From: Sphagnum compactum
Lineage: Eukaryota
DNA: 64,000 nucleotides
NCBI GenBank assembly: GCA_965153455.1
Contig: OZ234494.1
Span: 11,780,001 to 11,844,000 of the forward strand
Reading direction: 5' to 3'
Part shown: positions 48,521 to 61,100 of the stretch, in pieces
Position numbering within the stretch: the stretch's first letter is position 1
Layout: every line of letters begins with the position of its first letter
Made by a program: the position numbers and the translations under genes
The notes under the pieces: model-generated
The model's database searches: none
What the model was told of the DNA's origin: nothing
Seen by the model: only the letters and a program-made list of their open reading frames with translations

Positions 48521-51500
48521 CGATTTGCCTCTCATATCGAATTGGCTACATCTATTAACCCTTCATTATTTGTTTGTTAATTTTGGACCAAAAGGATATG
48601 AAACATTCTCCTTATGGGTGAAAGCATGGTAAAGTAAACTAGAAAAGTACCTTGTAGCATAAATGGAAAGTGGCCATCAAGTAGGTCTTGTTATATTGAA
48701 TTCAAAAATATTATTTACTTTAATGTTTAATTATTTGAAGTTCTTTGACTTTGTTACAGCTAAATTATAAAACCCACATGTTTAAAGCAGGTTTATATAT
48801 ATTCATGAAGATTCAAGTAGATGGGTCAAATCACATTCAAAGGAACCACAAATGTTACTTTACATGAATCTAGCATGTCTTTTTTCCCCAAATTTTTTTT
48901 TTCATACAAATGATTTTTTGAATGATTTTTTTACAACTTGTTATAAAAATTGGTTAGAATTGTTGCAATAAATCATTTGTGAATAAATATGAAGTTGTAA
49001 AAATCTACATATTCCTTGCAGATTTTATGTTTCATTTTGAAAAATGATGATAATTTGAAATCATACCAAAAGAGGTTTATTTTTAAATTTCAATTTAATG
49101 TAATATAAATTACAACTTTGTTTAATTACATCATGTACATTATATCCCATTTATATGTGGCAAAACACTCTTGAAGTTTTGAATTTTTTTGAATTTTCGA
49201 ATGTACATACTTTGAATTTTCAAAGTTTTAAAATTCCACATTTTTGAAATTGTGAATGTTTTTTTAGTGTGTCTAAAAGGTTATTATCATCTCATTTTTA
49301 CTATCATCAACTTATTTTTATTATATGAGTCCTTTGAAAGTCCTTTGTAAAAATGTCATTTTTTTATGACATAAACTTTCATTTTTTAAAGTATTTAATT
49401 AAACCAAAACCTAAAATTGGATCAAATGGATTTTTAATTTGAGTTTGTTGACATCCATGTGTGGTAAATAATAATAATGTGTTATGATTACCATGTTTTC
49501 AAACAGCAAATAAATAAATAAATCTCTAATTTTTTATGATAGAATCTGACATCTAACTCCCTTTGTGGCTCCTTTGAATGTCATTTGACCCAAATATCAC
49601 AACTTGCAAAGTAGATTAAAAATTCAAACACAAGTAGATTAAACATTGGATCTATTGTATTTTTAAATCAATGGCATGTTAAATATACTAATGAATTTTG
49701 AATTTTTTCATAGTAAAATCAAAATATATTTAATGTCTAATATATAAATAGGAATGAACATAATATTAACATGTTAGTTTCATTCCTATTTTGTTACCTA
49801 TTTTTACAATATTATTTTTTTTGAATTTTGTATTCAATTCATCAAAATTCAATGGTAGCATGAAGGCTTCCATAATGAGACTTTTTAAGAAAATTGAACC
49901 TACTTTCTTATGTTTATGTTGAAAATTTATCATATTTAAAATTTGGATTTGGGTAGACATAATTTTTAGTCCACTTTACCATGCTTGGATTTTTGTCCTG
50001 TGATAGCTCATCCTATTGCCACCTACAAATTGCATGTTCAAGATCATTATGATCTAGATCCTTTTGGCCCTAGCCTCTAACACATTGGAAGTGTGCAATT
50101 TAGCCTTATAAGATACATGTATTGAATTTCCTACATTTGCCCCAATAATTTAAAAAATGTGTAAGGTTAAAGTATGTGTTAAATGCATATGCTTCTAGTT
50201 TTTGTGAAGACTCAATGAAAGCACATGATTCCTTAAAGTCATCCCAATTTATGTAAGTTGTTGGTGTGTAAATTAAACTACGATCTCTTAAAGCTTGTGG
50301 AACTTTTTTTTTTTGGAATTTCTTAGATGATACGTAGGAACTACTAATCTTTGCACCCATATAATTTTTTTTTGAAATTTTGATTGTAAAGTTCATTAAT
50401 TTATTGTAGCCCCTCCTATATGATCTTTTGATTTTACCTCTAAATCTTGTTCTTGTGGCTCCTTTTTTATTATTGTCAAGTTGATTGTGTTTATCTTGTT
50501 CTACTTTCTTGAGGTTTAATTTGTGTTGGTCTAATGTTACTTTGACATATGGTCTTTGTTACTCTACCCCATTTGCTTTCAAATCTAAGTTATTACCTTC
50601 ATCTTTGTACTTCAACATTTTTGCACTAAGACATAGGATTTTTGGGAAGGATTGGAGCTTGTCACTTGTACTACTCGGTAGTTTTGACATGCTAAAAGAA
50701 TAATTGAGAGCAATAGAGTTGTAAAGTTGAATTTCATATTATTCTAGGTATTCCCCAAAACCTTATAAACTTGATGATGTTGTTTTGGTGAGAAACCATT
50801 GTGCCAAAAATTGGTGGGAATTTGGAAGTTTTCCTTCAATAATGTGTTGATTTGAAAATCCAGAGGATTTTGCAATGCTTAATTAGGGATCTCATTTTGT
50901 GCATTAGATTATAGTTAAGGTTGTCACATTTATGGTTAATTGTGTGTTGATTAACATGACACATAAACCCCCATCATAAAACTATTTTTCCCACACCAAA
51001 CATGGGCTTCTATAAAACCATCCCAACTCATTCATGTAATCAAACACTAAAAATACATGCTTTAATTTGATTTCTTTTCATTTTTGTGTTCAATTCAATG
51101 TCCATCACCAAGATTATTTTTCACCCCAAACTTTGGGTTCTATAAAATCAACCCAAATCATTCCCATAACCAAACATTAAAAGTAACCCTCTATCACAAG
51201 TCATATATATTGATATTTGTTTATTTTTGTTGTTGCGGTCAATTCACTCCCCATCACTAAACATTATCACACTTTAAGGTGGCCTTATTTATGTGCATAT
51301 ATGCCTAAGTTTACTCTTATGGTCAAACATGAAAATTTGGTCAAATGCACTAAAATTTTATAACACAATTGTTCACACATGAGCATTTGGTCATAAACAA
51401 TATCTACAACATTTATGATATCTACACTCGCTAGGCATTGGGTGAAAGATTTATATTTGGTGATGGACCCTTTTACCCTACTTTCAATTCCCCAGGTTTT

Positions 51501-52129
51501 TCATAAATCTTGATGTCTAATACATTACAATATTGAACAATTGCCAAGATGGAACCCATGTATATAGAGATTGGTCCTAGTATCAAAGAACCAACTAAAC
51601 TAGTATGACCTAAAACAATATTAGCCTTGTATTAATACCTATCTTGTAGGGATATGATATATTACCAATTTAATATTAGGGCTGGATTAATATTGATATC
51701 AAGTATTTACATGTCACATACCCAACCAAAAATCAACCTTGGACCTTGATACTAGGACCAAACTATTATGTATTTTTCTAAAAATGTAATACTAGTACCA
51801 AGCATTATGAAAGTTTATTTTAATTCAATACTATTATCATGCTACTATAAATTTTTTAGAAATTTTACCAATACCCATTAATATGTTCAAAAGTTGATAC
51901 CCATCATATTTTACCCATCAACCTTCTTATAAATATTGTTTTACATATTCCCATGATCAAAGTGGATACATAGTTCCAAACCTTTTGTAATATTTTTGTT
52001 ACATAATCATAATTGGAATAGTGGTCATAATTAATATAGAATATGTAATTGCAATGTTAGCCACAATGCTATGAATATGATACAATATATTTCCAAGAAT
52101 GTATAGGAATTTGATCATTTTTGGAATAG

Positions 52130-52760
52130 ATTCAAGAATGAACAAACTTTTTTGCATTGACATATGTTATTAATGAAATTAGAACCTTGTGTAGTTTACT
52201 GTGATGTTTTGAGAAATGCAATGGGAAACACATTCTTTCAATTTGAAGAGGATGGTGATGATCATTTCATTCTTTTTACTAGTAGACAATTGATTGTTAT
52301 AGAGAAGAATTACATGATAAATGAACAGAAAGGTCTTTGTAATCATCTTCTTGTTGAAAAAGTTTCATCATTATTTGTCAAAGTAAAAAGCCAAGGTTAT
52401 GATTAACCACAACGCATTCACATACTTTGTCAATAAATTCAACCCAAGTCAAAGGCTTGCATGATGTTTGTTGTTAATGGAAAAGTTTGAACTCAAGATT
52501 GTTCATTATTCAAAAAGGCACCATGGGAATGTGCATGGCCTTTCAAAGGTGCTTGAATTGGAGATCTTTAGAAGATGATGAGTTCCCATACTCTAATTTT
52601 ACAAACATTAATGTGGAAGAGACATTAAAAAAATACCAAAACATCATTCAATACTTGGATGGCATGAAGTTTCTAACATGGGTTATGAAATTAATTAACG
52701 AAGACAAGGATTATGCACAAGATTTGAAACTATTCAATCCTTGGTAATCAATTATATCAT
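52130..52760 (+). pseudogene. Ty3/Gypsy pol relic (RT-RNase H)
   Basis: VYCD...GNTFFQ...FTSRQLIVIEKNY...IFLLKKFHHYL matches the Ty3 RNase H pattern; heavily degraded. Confidence 0.65.
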
Positions 52761-53775
52761 GAAAGGAAATATGGTGAATGAATAATGTAGTAGGAGGAAA
52801 TGATTTTCATTGATCATTGCAATAATTTCCTAATGAGTTATAAAAATATATGTCAATGTTGAGGAGTTTGTTCCTTCTTGAATCTATTTCAAGAATGATC
52901 AAACTCCTTTACATTGACATATGCTATTAATATATTTCCACAAATTACAACAATATAACAATATTCCCTCTTCACAATTCTATGAATATAGACTTGTGTT
53001 TTAGCATTGGAACTAAAAATGTGGAATTGAAGTAGGTTAACTAAACCAAGATTGAGTAATTCATTACACAACCATGTAAACCTATGTTTTATTTTTGCAA
53101 CATCACCACCTTATGTGGGAATCTCTTATTCCATAACAATAACGTCAATAAACCTTTTTACAAAAGCCAACCTTTATTATCATGTTACATATGCTCCCAA
53201 GTCAAATGCTAAACCATTCCACATTCATTTTTTAAATACAAAAGGAAAAGGAACCATAGCAATTGCAATCATAATTAAGGTGAGGATTATTCCAATTGGC
53301 AACTACTATTATGATTACAACTTGTACTATTCCAATTACAACTACTATATTGATTGTGACCATGAATGTACCCCTATAATGAATGAAGAATGGAATGATA
53401 TATTATGCCATGCACATTCCATTTGATTCATCCATCCATGATTACATCAATGAATGACATAAAATAAACTTAGGTTTTTTCTCATAAGCCTAATGATTGT
53501 TTCATTTATGTGGATGTGATCGGCAATATGTTGTAAATGCAAATCAAGGATGAAAAACCTCAATGATGATGGCACATAGGTCATGGTTTATGAAACATGT
53601 TTTTATAAACAATGTTTCATTTAATTCAAACATGACCTTTCCAATCATGTTATAAACATTCAAAAATATTTGAGAATCCCAAATAATGGTTCATTCCACT
53701 TACTTACTTACTTACTTACAATTTAGCGTCATTAAGTGGGCCAAACAGCGCCCGGGCCAGAAAGCCCAATTGACA

Positions 53776-56700
53776 TTAAGTCTGATGAAGCAATTCAGAT
53801 CTAACCGTCTGACATTGCACTAAAAATCTAGCAAGGATGCCTTGCTGCTGACAGCTCAACAATTCAGCCAAAGGTGTGATGGCAGTTAGTGGCAATGAAC
53901 CTCTAAACCTCTCTCGAACACTTTGATAGGCAGGGCAAACCAACAAGAAGTGGTCCTCATCCTCAACCGCACCCAAGTTGCACAATTTGCAATAACGCTG
54001 CTGCACAGGCACCTTCACTGGCTTGACTTGCCTTCCGAGCTCAATTTGCAGCTTGTGATTCGCACAACGAAAACGTGCCAAGCTTCTCCTAAACGTGCAT
54101 TGTTTACCCTGGAGAGGTATTCTTTGTACCCATATTGTGCTGAGCTATTCAACCCCATATAGGCTCTCACCTTGCTGGAGTCAGCTGTAGCCACTTGATG
54201 GTGTACAATGTATTGCCTTTCAACCAACTGCTTGAGGCGAGCACATGGTGGCAGCTGATCGCTATCGATGCACAAATTGTACGTCGACAGTCGTTCATCT
54301 ACTTGTGCTAGCCAGCAAGCAGGCAATCGACTCTTTCTACCCACAGCATTCTAATTCCCGAGTAAGACTTTTCGCCTGGCTGCAAGCAACTACAGCTGTA
54401 CATCATAAGCTAGCCTGAGCATGCGATCTGAGTCTACCTCAGAACTGACACGTGAGAGAAAGCGCATGGTCTGTTACCACCAAAATATTTCTAGGGGAAA
54501 CCTGCCAAACTCTGCCAGCACGATGTAACTGGATGTCGTGGTGCTGACCCCCAGCGACGACTTCAGAAAAGCCTGATGAACCACCTCTAACTGTTCGCGT
54601 GCCATGTGGTCTGACCATACTTCACACCCATAGCTAAGCACTGGTTTGACTAGTGCATCAAACAGCTGGCATTGTAATGCTGGATCAAAGATGCGCAGCT
54701 CTGCGCATCTGCGCCGCAATGCAAAAACTGCCTTTTTCCCTGACATTACTAACCGCTGTATTGTAGCTTGCATACCTTTTGTGCCATGCAGCTCAACACC
54801 TAGATACTTGAAAGAGTTTAGTTGCTCTATAGTTTCGCCCTCATACTGAAAAGCCTGACACACAGACTTGCGTGCTTCAAACACAACAACCTTGGTTTTC
54901 TTGACATTCACAGTCAACTGACGCTCACCGCAAAAAGCTTGCAAGACATCTAGTTGCTTCTGCAATCCAGCAGGAGTGTGTGACATGAGAGCTAACTCGT
55001 TTGCATATAGAAGCAAGCGAACAGTTAGCTGTCCCAACATTGGTGGTGCGTCACCCTCCAAAGCATTTAGCCGTTTCTCTAGGCCATCTATGAAGAGGCC
55101 AAACAGGAGCGGGCTGAGGGGGCATCCTTGCTTCACTCCGATGTGGCAGAGGAAAGTGGGCGTGAGCCCCTCTTTTGGATGGTGCAGGCAGGCCTGGTCT
55201 TGACGGTACATGGAGCGCAAGCACTCCAGTATCCGCCCACTGATGCCAAGTCCCTCCAGCACCTGCCACAACAGGTCCCTTGGTACTGTATCAAAGGCTT
55301 TTTTGAAGTCCACAAAACAAGTGTATAGCTTTTTTTTCTGAAATCTGGCTTGTTCGGTCATAGTGCGAAGAATAAACAAGTTATCTGTTGTCCTAAAGTC
55401 CTTTCTGAAACCAGCCTGTCCCTTTGCACGTGAATCATTGGTCTCCGCCCATTGACTGATGCGGGACTCAAGAATCATTGCAAACACCTTGGCTAAGACT
55501 GGTCCTACTGTGATCCCCCTATAATTATACAGTGCATGTATGATCCCAACAGAGAGTGATTCACAATAGCCCTCATGCAGTATTTTGTTAAAAGCAATCA
55601 ATAGTGGTTGCTGCAGGGCAACAGCCGCATCCAAAAGGAACTCTGGTTTGATGCCATCAATGCCTGCAGCTTTGTGTCGTTTTAGCTTTTTGAACGCTTG
55701 CTGTACTTCAACTAGTGTGATGTCAACATTCAACTGTTCGCAATCAATACCATTGGGTGGAAAGGAGATCACCTGGGCTTGAATAGCGGCACCTGCCACA
55801 GCTCCTGCTGTGGCTGGTGCCGCCGGAGGCTGCAGTAGTTGCTAGAAGCCATCCCTGAGCGCTTCGTTGGTGATGCCATTGACACCCTCAGTGGGCTTGC
55901 GGTACCGCTTCCAGAATGCTGCAGGATCTGCCTTCGCTAAACCACATAGCTGCTTAGCCTTGAGCACATCATAAGCACGTTTCTTCCTTTTGTACAATTG
56001 TTTCATTTGCTTAAGTCTGACCTACCTATCTGGGTGTACATGTGACAATTTAGCAAATTGGCTTTTGGTCTGGCGACATTCTGTGTCAAACCAGGGTTTG
56101 TGGCTGTGCTTTATTGCTTTTCCTAAGGCCACTTGTCTATTTCTAAACACTTTTTCTGCAGATTGTGTGATGCACTGTTGTAATAGATTGACTATTGTTT
56201 GTACGTCAGATGCATCAAGTACATCTGAGCTTGCCCAGACACCGATGTTATGATGTACATTCCTGCTAAACTCTGCTGCTTTGGCAGTGTCATATTTAAA
56301 ACGTGTTAGGTGTTTGATCGCCTTTTGCTGAACAGGAGGGGGTTGCCACTGCTGTGTGATTGTAAGTACCAATGGTTTATGATCAGAGTGCGCATCTTTG
56401 TGACCTGAGTACTTTTCATCGCAGTTAACCTCTAAATGCTTGACACCCTCTAATTGGTCAGCTGTCGTAAGAAAATAGTCCACAGTGCTAAAACCTTTAT
56501 TGGATAGGCATGTGTACTCCCCTTATATGTCTCCTGGTGTGCGGCCATTGAGGATGAACAGCCCAGTAGTTCTGCAGAGATCCAGGAGCTCACGATGCCA
56601 GCTAGTCGTGACAGTGTCGCGGTTCTGGCGCTCCAGAATATCGTTGGGCAGGGTGTCCTTAATGGCATGTGGCACCAGCAGCACATCTGCTAGTTGACTG

Positions 56701-57191
56701 TAATCAATGAAGTCAGTGTTTGTGCCTGTCCTTGCATTGAAATCCCCAGCAAGAAGCACACCGCCTAAGCTCATGGCTTTTCCAACCTCTTGGCATATGT
56801 GTTCAAACAGGCTGCTGTCCACATATGGCGAGCCTTGTGGAACAGCATATACTATGCACAGGAACAAAGGCCTTTTGAAAGCATTGCCCAAGCGCAGCCA
56901 AATCCTAGTCCCATCCCTTGCAGTCTTCCAAACAGCAGTACTATTTGCCCATGTTTCCCTGACTAGTACCGCAATGCCTCCACTGTGCTTTCGAACGACA
57001 CCCTGTGTAGTCACAGGCCTGGTAACATCAAAACAGCAGAACCCCGGTAGGGCCGGGAATGTATCGCCCGGAAAGTGATGTGTTTCTGTCAAAGCAACAA
57101 CGTCAACATGTTGAAATAGGTCAAGCAGATGTTCATGTGTTTCTAGCTTTGTGATAGCGGCCCCATGGATGTTCCACAAGCACACGCGCAA
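53776..57191 (-). pseudogene. LINE ORF2: APE endonuclease - reverse transcriptase - CCHC zinc finger
   Basis: LRVCLWNIHG, LTETH, GDFNAR, VDYF, SDHKP (EN); NYRGIT, QAGFR, FVDFKKAFDTV, GVKQGCPLSPLLF, YANE in place of YADD (54996-55007), FKYLG (RT); CKLC...EDEDHFLLVC. Six in-frame stops and one frameshift near 54090. Confidence 0.93.
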
Positions 57192-57212
57192 GTGTCTCTG
57201 GCCCCCGCCCCC

Positions 57213-58079
57213 CTATGCAGTAGGAGAGTTTACGACTTTGTGGTTGATATAGAGATCGGCCCCACGCCAGTTGACCCGTTCGCCAGCCTCTTTGGCCTCC
57301 TTGAAGGTGGCCCAAGCAGCTCGTTTCTAGGCCTGCTAAGCGGGAGTCAGGTCCTTGTCGAGCCCAAGCTGAGTGCCCTGCAGGCCTTTGCGATTGCGCA
57401 GCACCGTGAGTTTGTCGTGTACCGATGCCAGCGTGATGATGACTGCCGGTGCCTTGTCAGTGGCCTTATCGGGTCGCCCCGACGACATCTGCCGGTGCAC
57501 CTTCTGCACCTGCACACGGTCAGCAACCTTCAGCCTGTCGAACAGCTTTGTCTGCACCAACTCCATAAGTTGTTTTGAGGTTTCCCCCTTGCTCATGGTT
57601 AACTCGGTGACCCAGATGTTTGCCTCCCTGGCCTTGACCAGGTCAGCATCCGTTGCCCGGTCCACCTTGTTGGCAACCTTGTCAACCTTCCTGCCCACAA
57701 CCTCCTTCCACTTCTCCCCACTGTCCTGCATGGTATCAAAACTCTTAGCCATCGCATCTACTTTATTTTGCAGCTTTTCGACTTGGCCAATAACGGCCAC
57801 AATCTTAGCTTCCATTACTGGAGCCAGAATGTTTTCCGCAACCTGCTCCATAGTGACCTCAATAGCATTGTGCACATCCTGTTTCGTCACCACATCGGCC
57901 CTAGGGACCATGAGATGGTTAACGATGGCTGTTGCAGCGGCTACCTTGCCGGTCTTGGCAGGCTTGAGGTTGTAGCGTGTACAGAGTGCCTAGAGTTCAG
58001 CCGCCTGCATCTCCATGATCGTTAACAAGTCCTTGTTCCATTCCCATGCTTTAGCGTCGAAAACCGTGGCATTCGTCAT
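57213..58079 (-). pseudogene. LINE ORF1 (~288 codons): SAP-like N-terminus, coiled coil, RRM/CTD-like region
   Basis: ATG at 58079 is in frame with ORF 57336-57911; three internal TAGs (57992, 57338, 57329); continues ...DLTPA*QA*KRAAWATFKEAKEAGERVNWRGADLYINHK to TAG at 57215-57213. Confidence 0.8.
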
Positions 58080-58082
58080 TTT

Positions 58083-58114
58083 CTAAACCCTAAACCCTAA
58101 AAACCGTAACCTAA
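58083..58114 (-). promoter_or_regulatory. Telomere-type (TTTAGGG) / telo-box repeats immediately 5' of the ORF1 ATG
   Basis: Minus strand reads TTTAGGGTTTAGGGTTTAGAAAATG; a degenerate second cluster lies at 58579-58616. Confidence 0.55.
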
Positions 58115-61100
58115 ATACGCATTAAGTTCACCATAATAACCTGCCAAAGGTTGTGTATCTGCAGACTCAGCAAGAATCACATCACTCAAGAGCTCAAAAG
58201 CACTTACATCATCACCCTTATTGAATTTTCAGAGACTGCAATTTGAAATGGAGCGGTCCACATAGAAGAAACTGAACTCAGCAGCACCTATATTAGCTTT
58301 GATGATATTGATGCTCTAGATGTGTTGTCAATGGAGTGGCCTGTAGTTATAGCTATTGAGGATGCTAAGGTGGAACTTGCTGATGGGCTTGTTGTTGATG
58401 TATCAAAACAACATTTTGTTGTTAGGCCTGAGGTTACAATTGAGGTTGCTATTGTTGGGGCATTTGCTAAGAATCTGTTGAGGAATTTGCTATTGGGTAG
58501 TTGACACAGCCTGCAATTGTTGTTGCTGGAGTTCTAGTTGATGTTGATTTTGTAACTAATGCCTGAACATGTCTTGAAGCCCTAAATTCCTCAAAACCTA
58601 AAAAACTTAAACCTTAATGAACGCAAACCTGTCGCTAGTGGTTTTTTGTGAGGTTTTGGTGACTGGCGCCGCGTTGTCGTCGTCGTCGACGAAGAAGGAA
58701 GATTGCCACTTTGGCTGCCCTGCTCTCCCGGCTGCTGGGGCCCGTCACCGCTGTTGTTGTCAGGCCGCCAGGAGCAAGCAGCATCGGGGACGCGATGGAC
58801 GAGGAGGGCGAGCGAGCTTCGTGGTGCTGCTCTTCGCGCCCCCTGCTCGCTTCTGCAGCTCCGTTGCTATTTTTTTTTCCTTTGTTTTTCACGCACTCCA
58901 ACATTTGCTGTTGCTCCCTGCTTCACTCAAACGTTGTTCCTTCTCATAGCAGAGTCCACCATTCCATCCTCTACTACCCTAAAGAATAAGCACCAGCATA
59001 GAAAACCAGCTAAAAGAAAAAAAAATTGAGTTAGTAGAATGGCACTTGCTGCTTCTGCTCAGTTCTGCTTCTGCTTCCACTTGTCCATATCTTTGTCTTT
59101 AACTTCACTAGGAAGAAACTAGTCATTTTTAACCAACCAATTTGCAATTGCATATCATTTTCAATTTTGATACAATTATAATTTTTAATTTAAAAAATCC
59201 ATGTGGAATTTTGAAATTCTTGAATGGAATTAGAATCGGTTTTTAATTGAACTGGGACAACACCATGTTGACCACATATGGTTTGATGACATGGTATATA
59301 TTTACTATTACATATTATACATTTTACTTATAATTCACATGTTGACCACATGTTGACATCACATGATTTGACATCACATCACATGTTCTTCATGTCATGC
59401 ACATTTAATAACATGGCACAACCAAATTTGATTGTTTGTTTACTTTTATGAACTTCACATGTTTGCTAAATTGTTGACATGTCCCTAAGTTTGTCAAATG
59501 ATCCATGCCAATTCCCAAGACATGTTTTTTATTCCCACAAAAGAAGGTACAAGAGCTCCAAGATAAGGCTATGAAGATTTCATTAAGATGAAATAAAAGT
59601 GAAATCAATTTTTACAAACCAAAAAAAGATAGAAATTAATGCAAATTGAAGCCAATTTAATACACAAACTTAAGTCACATGATACTCATTCACATGACCC
59701 ACCATGGTTTAAACTTGGGAGGAATTGGCACTCCTTTCCCTATATTATATTATAATATGATGATGGAGACTACATCAAAGTTATAACAAAAGTTCTTGGG
59801 ACTCCCAAGTGGGAGACATGAAATTGTCAAATTGCGAGTCATGTGATTTTTCAAGCTCATAACTTCTTGGTATGAACTTTAATTCAAAATATATCAAAGA
59901 AAATTTGTAACCATTGGACATATCTTTCCAAATGTATGCAAGTTTTTATCATGGATACTTATATCATGTTGCAAAAAAATAGATATATAATCCATTAGTA
60001 TGTGGAGTTTGTAACAAAACCTTCATATGTCATGTCAACCCAACTAATTTTTAGTTAGTTCATTATTTTCTAACAAGTCACCAATTAAATGGACACATTT
60101 GGCTCCTATTAGTATGCATTCATCAACAATTTCCTTATTAAACACATGCCATGATAGTGTTGAAACATGTAAAAATATATATAGACCCACACTTATTGGG
60201 CCACATATTTTTTTCAAGTATGTCTAGTGCCTAGGAAAAATAAATCATTGGACAAAAGACCCAAATGATGCATGTACATGCATTTTTTTGTTTCACCTAA
60301 TTGGTCATTGCATGTGTTGTTGAAAACATAATGTTACATCATATCTTGCATTGCAATTGTCATTTCCACTCATATGCATTTTGCTATTCTAAAACCACCC
60401 CAAATTACATGTTCCTTTTCATCTTGACAATCCCCATTGTGTTTCATTGGAAAAATATTTGTTTTCCACAAAACAATTATGTGCACACCATATTCTTTAT
60501 GTACTCTTCAAAACCTAACAACCCCCATGGATGAATTCACAATAAAATGACAAGTTCCAAGTGTAACCAATGAAACCACCTTCAACTTTCTTGGCATCCC
60601 CAAGCATCCCTTGTTGTCACCTCAACGTAAACTTAACATTGTTGACATATCATACATTATTTTCCCTCATTTGCCTGAAATGGTTGAACACACGCATATT
60701 GTTGCCAAACCTCATTGTCCCCTTGCATCCCCTCACCATCTTGAGTTGTCTTTTTAGCATCCCTTTCATCCTCAATAATGCATTGTCATTTTTTGCATCC
60801 CTTCCCTTTGGTTGTCTTTGACATAGTTGATTTTACTTGGGGTGTCACCCAAAGTAAAAAATTCTTACCTAAAACTTTAAATTACAAATGACACCCTATT
60901 TGATCATCCTTTAAGTTCTAGGGATGTCCCTAAAAACCTAGGGATGGACATTGACAACCATAGACTTTACATATGTAATTATTCCATCAAGTGAAAACCC
61001 CTCAAATCAAGAACATAAGGAATTTGAAATATCCATAAACCTTGTTCATTCATCTTCCATGTTCAAACACATTGTAATAATGTCATTACTATTGAAATTA

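Larger units (their letters stand above)
53702..59074 (-). mobile_element. Full-length RTE/RTEX-like LINE (~5.37 kb), inactivated
   Basis: TTCCACTT direct repeat at 53694-53701 and 59075-59082 (TSD); (ACTT)5 = (GTAA)n 3' tail at 53698-53719; ORF1 plus APE endonuclease, RT and a C-terminal CCHC; visibly more GC-rich than its flanks. Confidence 0.9.

Noticed and set aside
57373-57975. 200-aa plus-strand ORF
   Set aside because: Antisense shadow of LINE ORF1.
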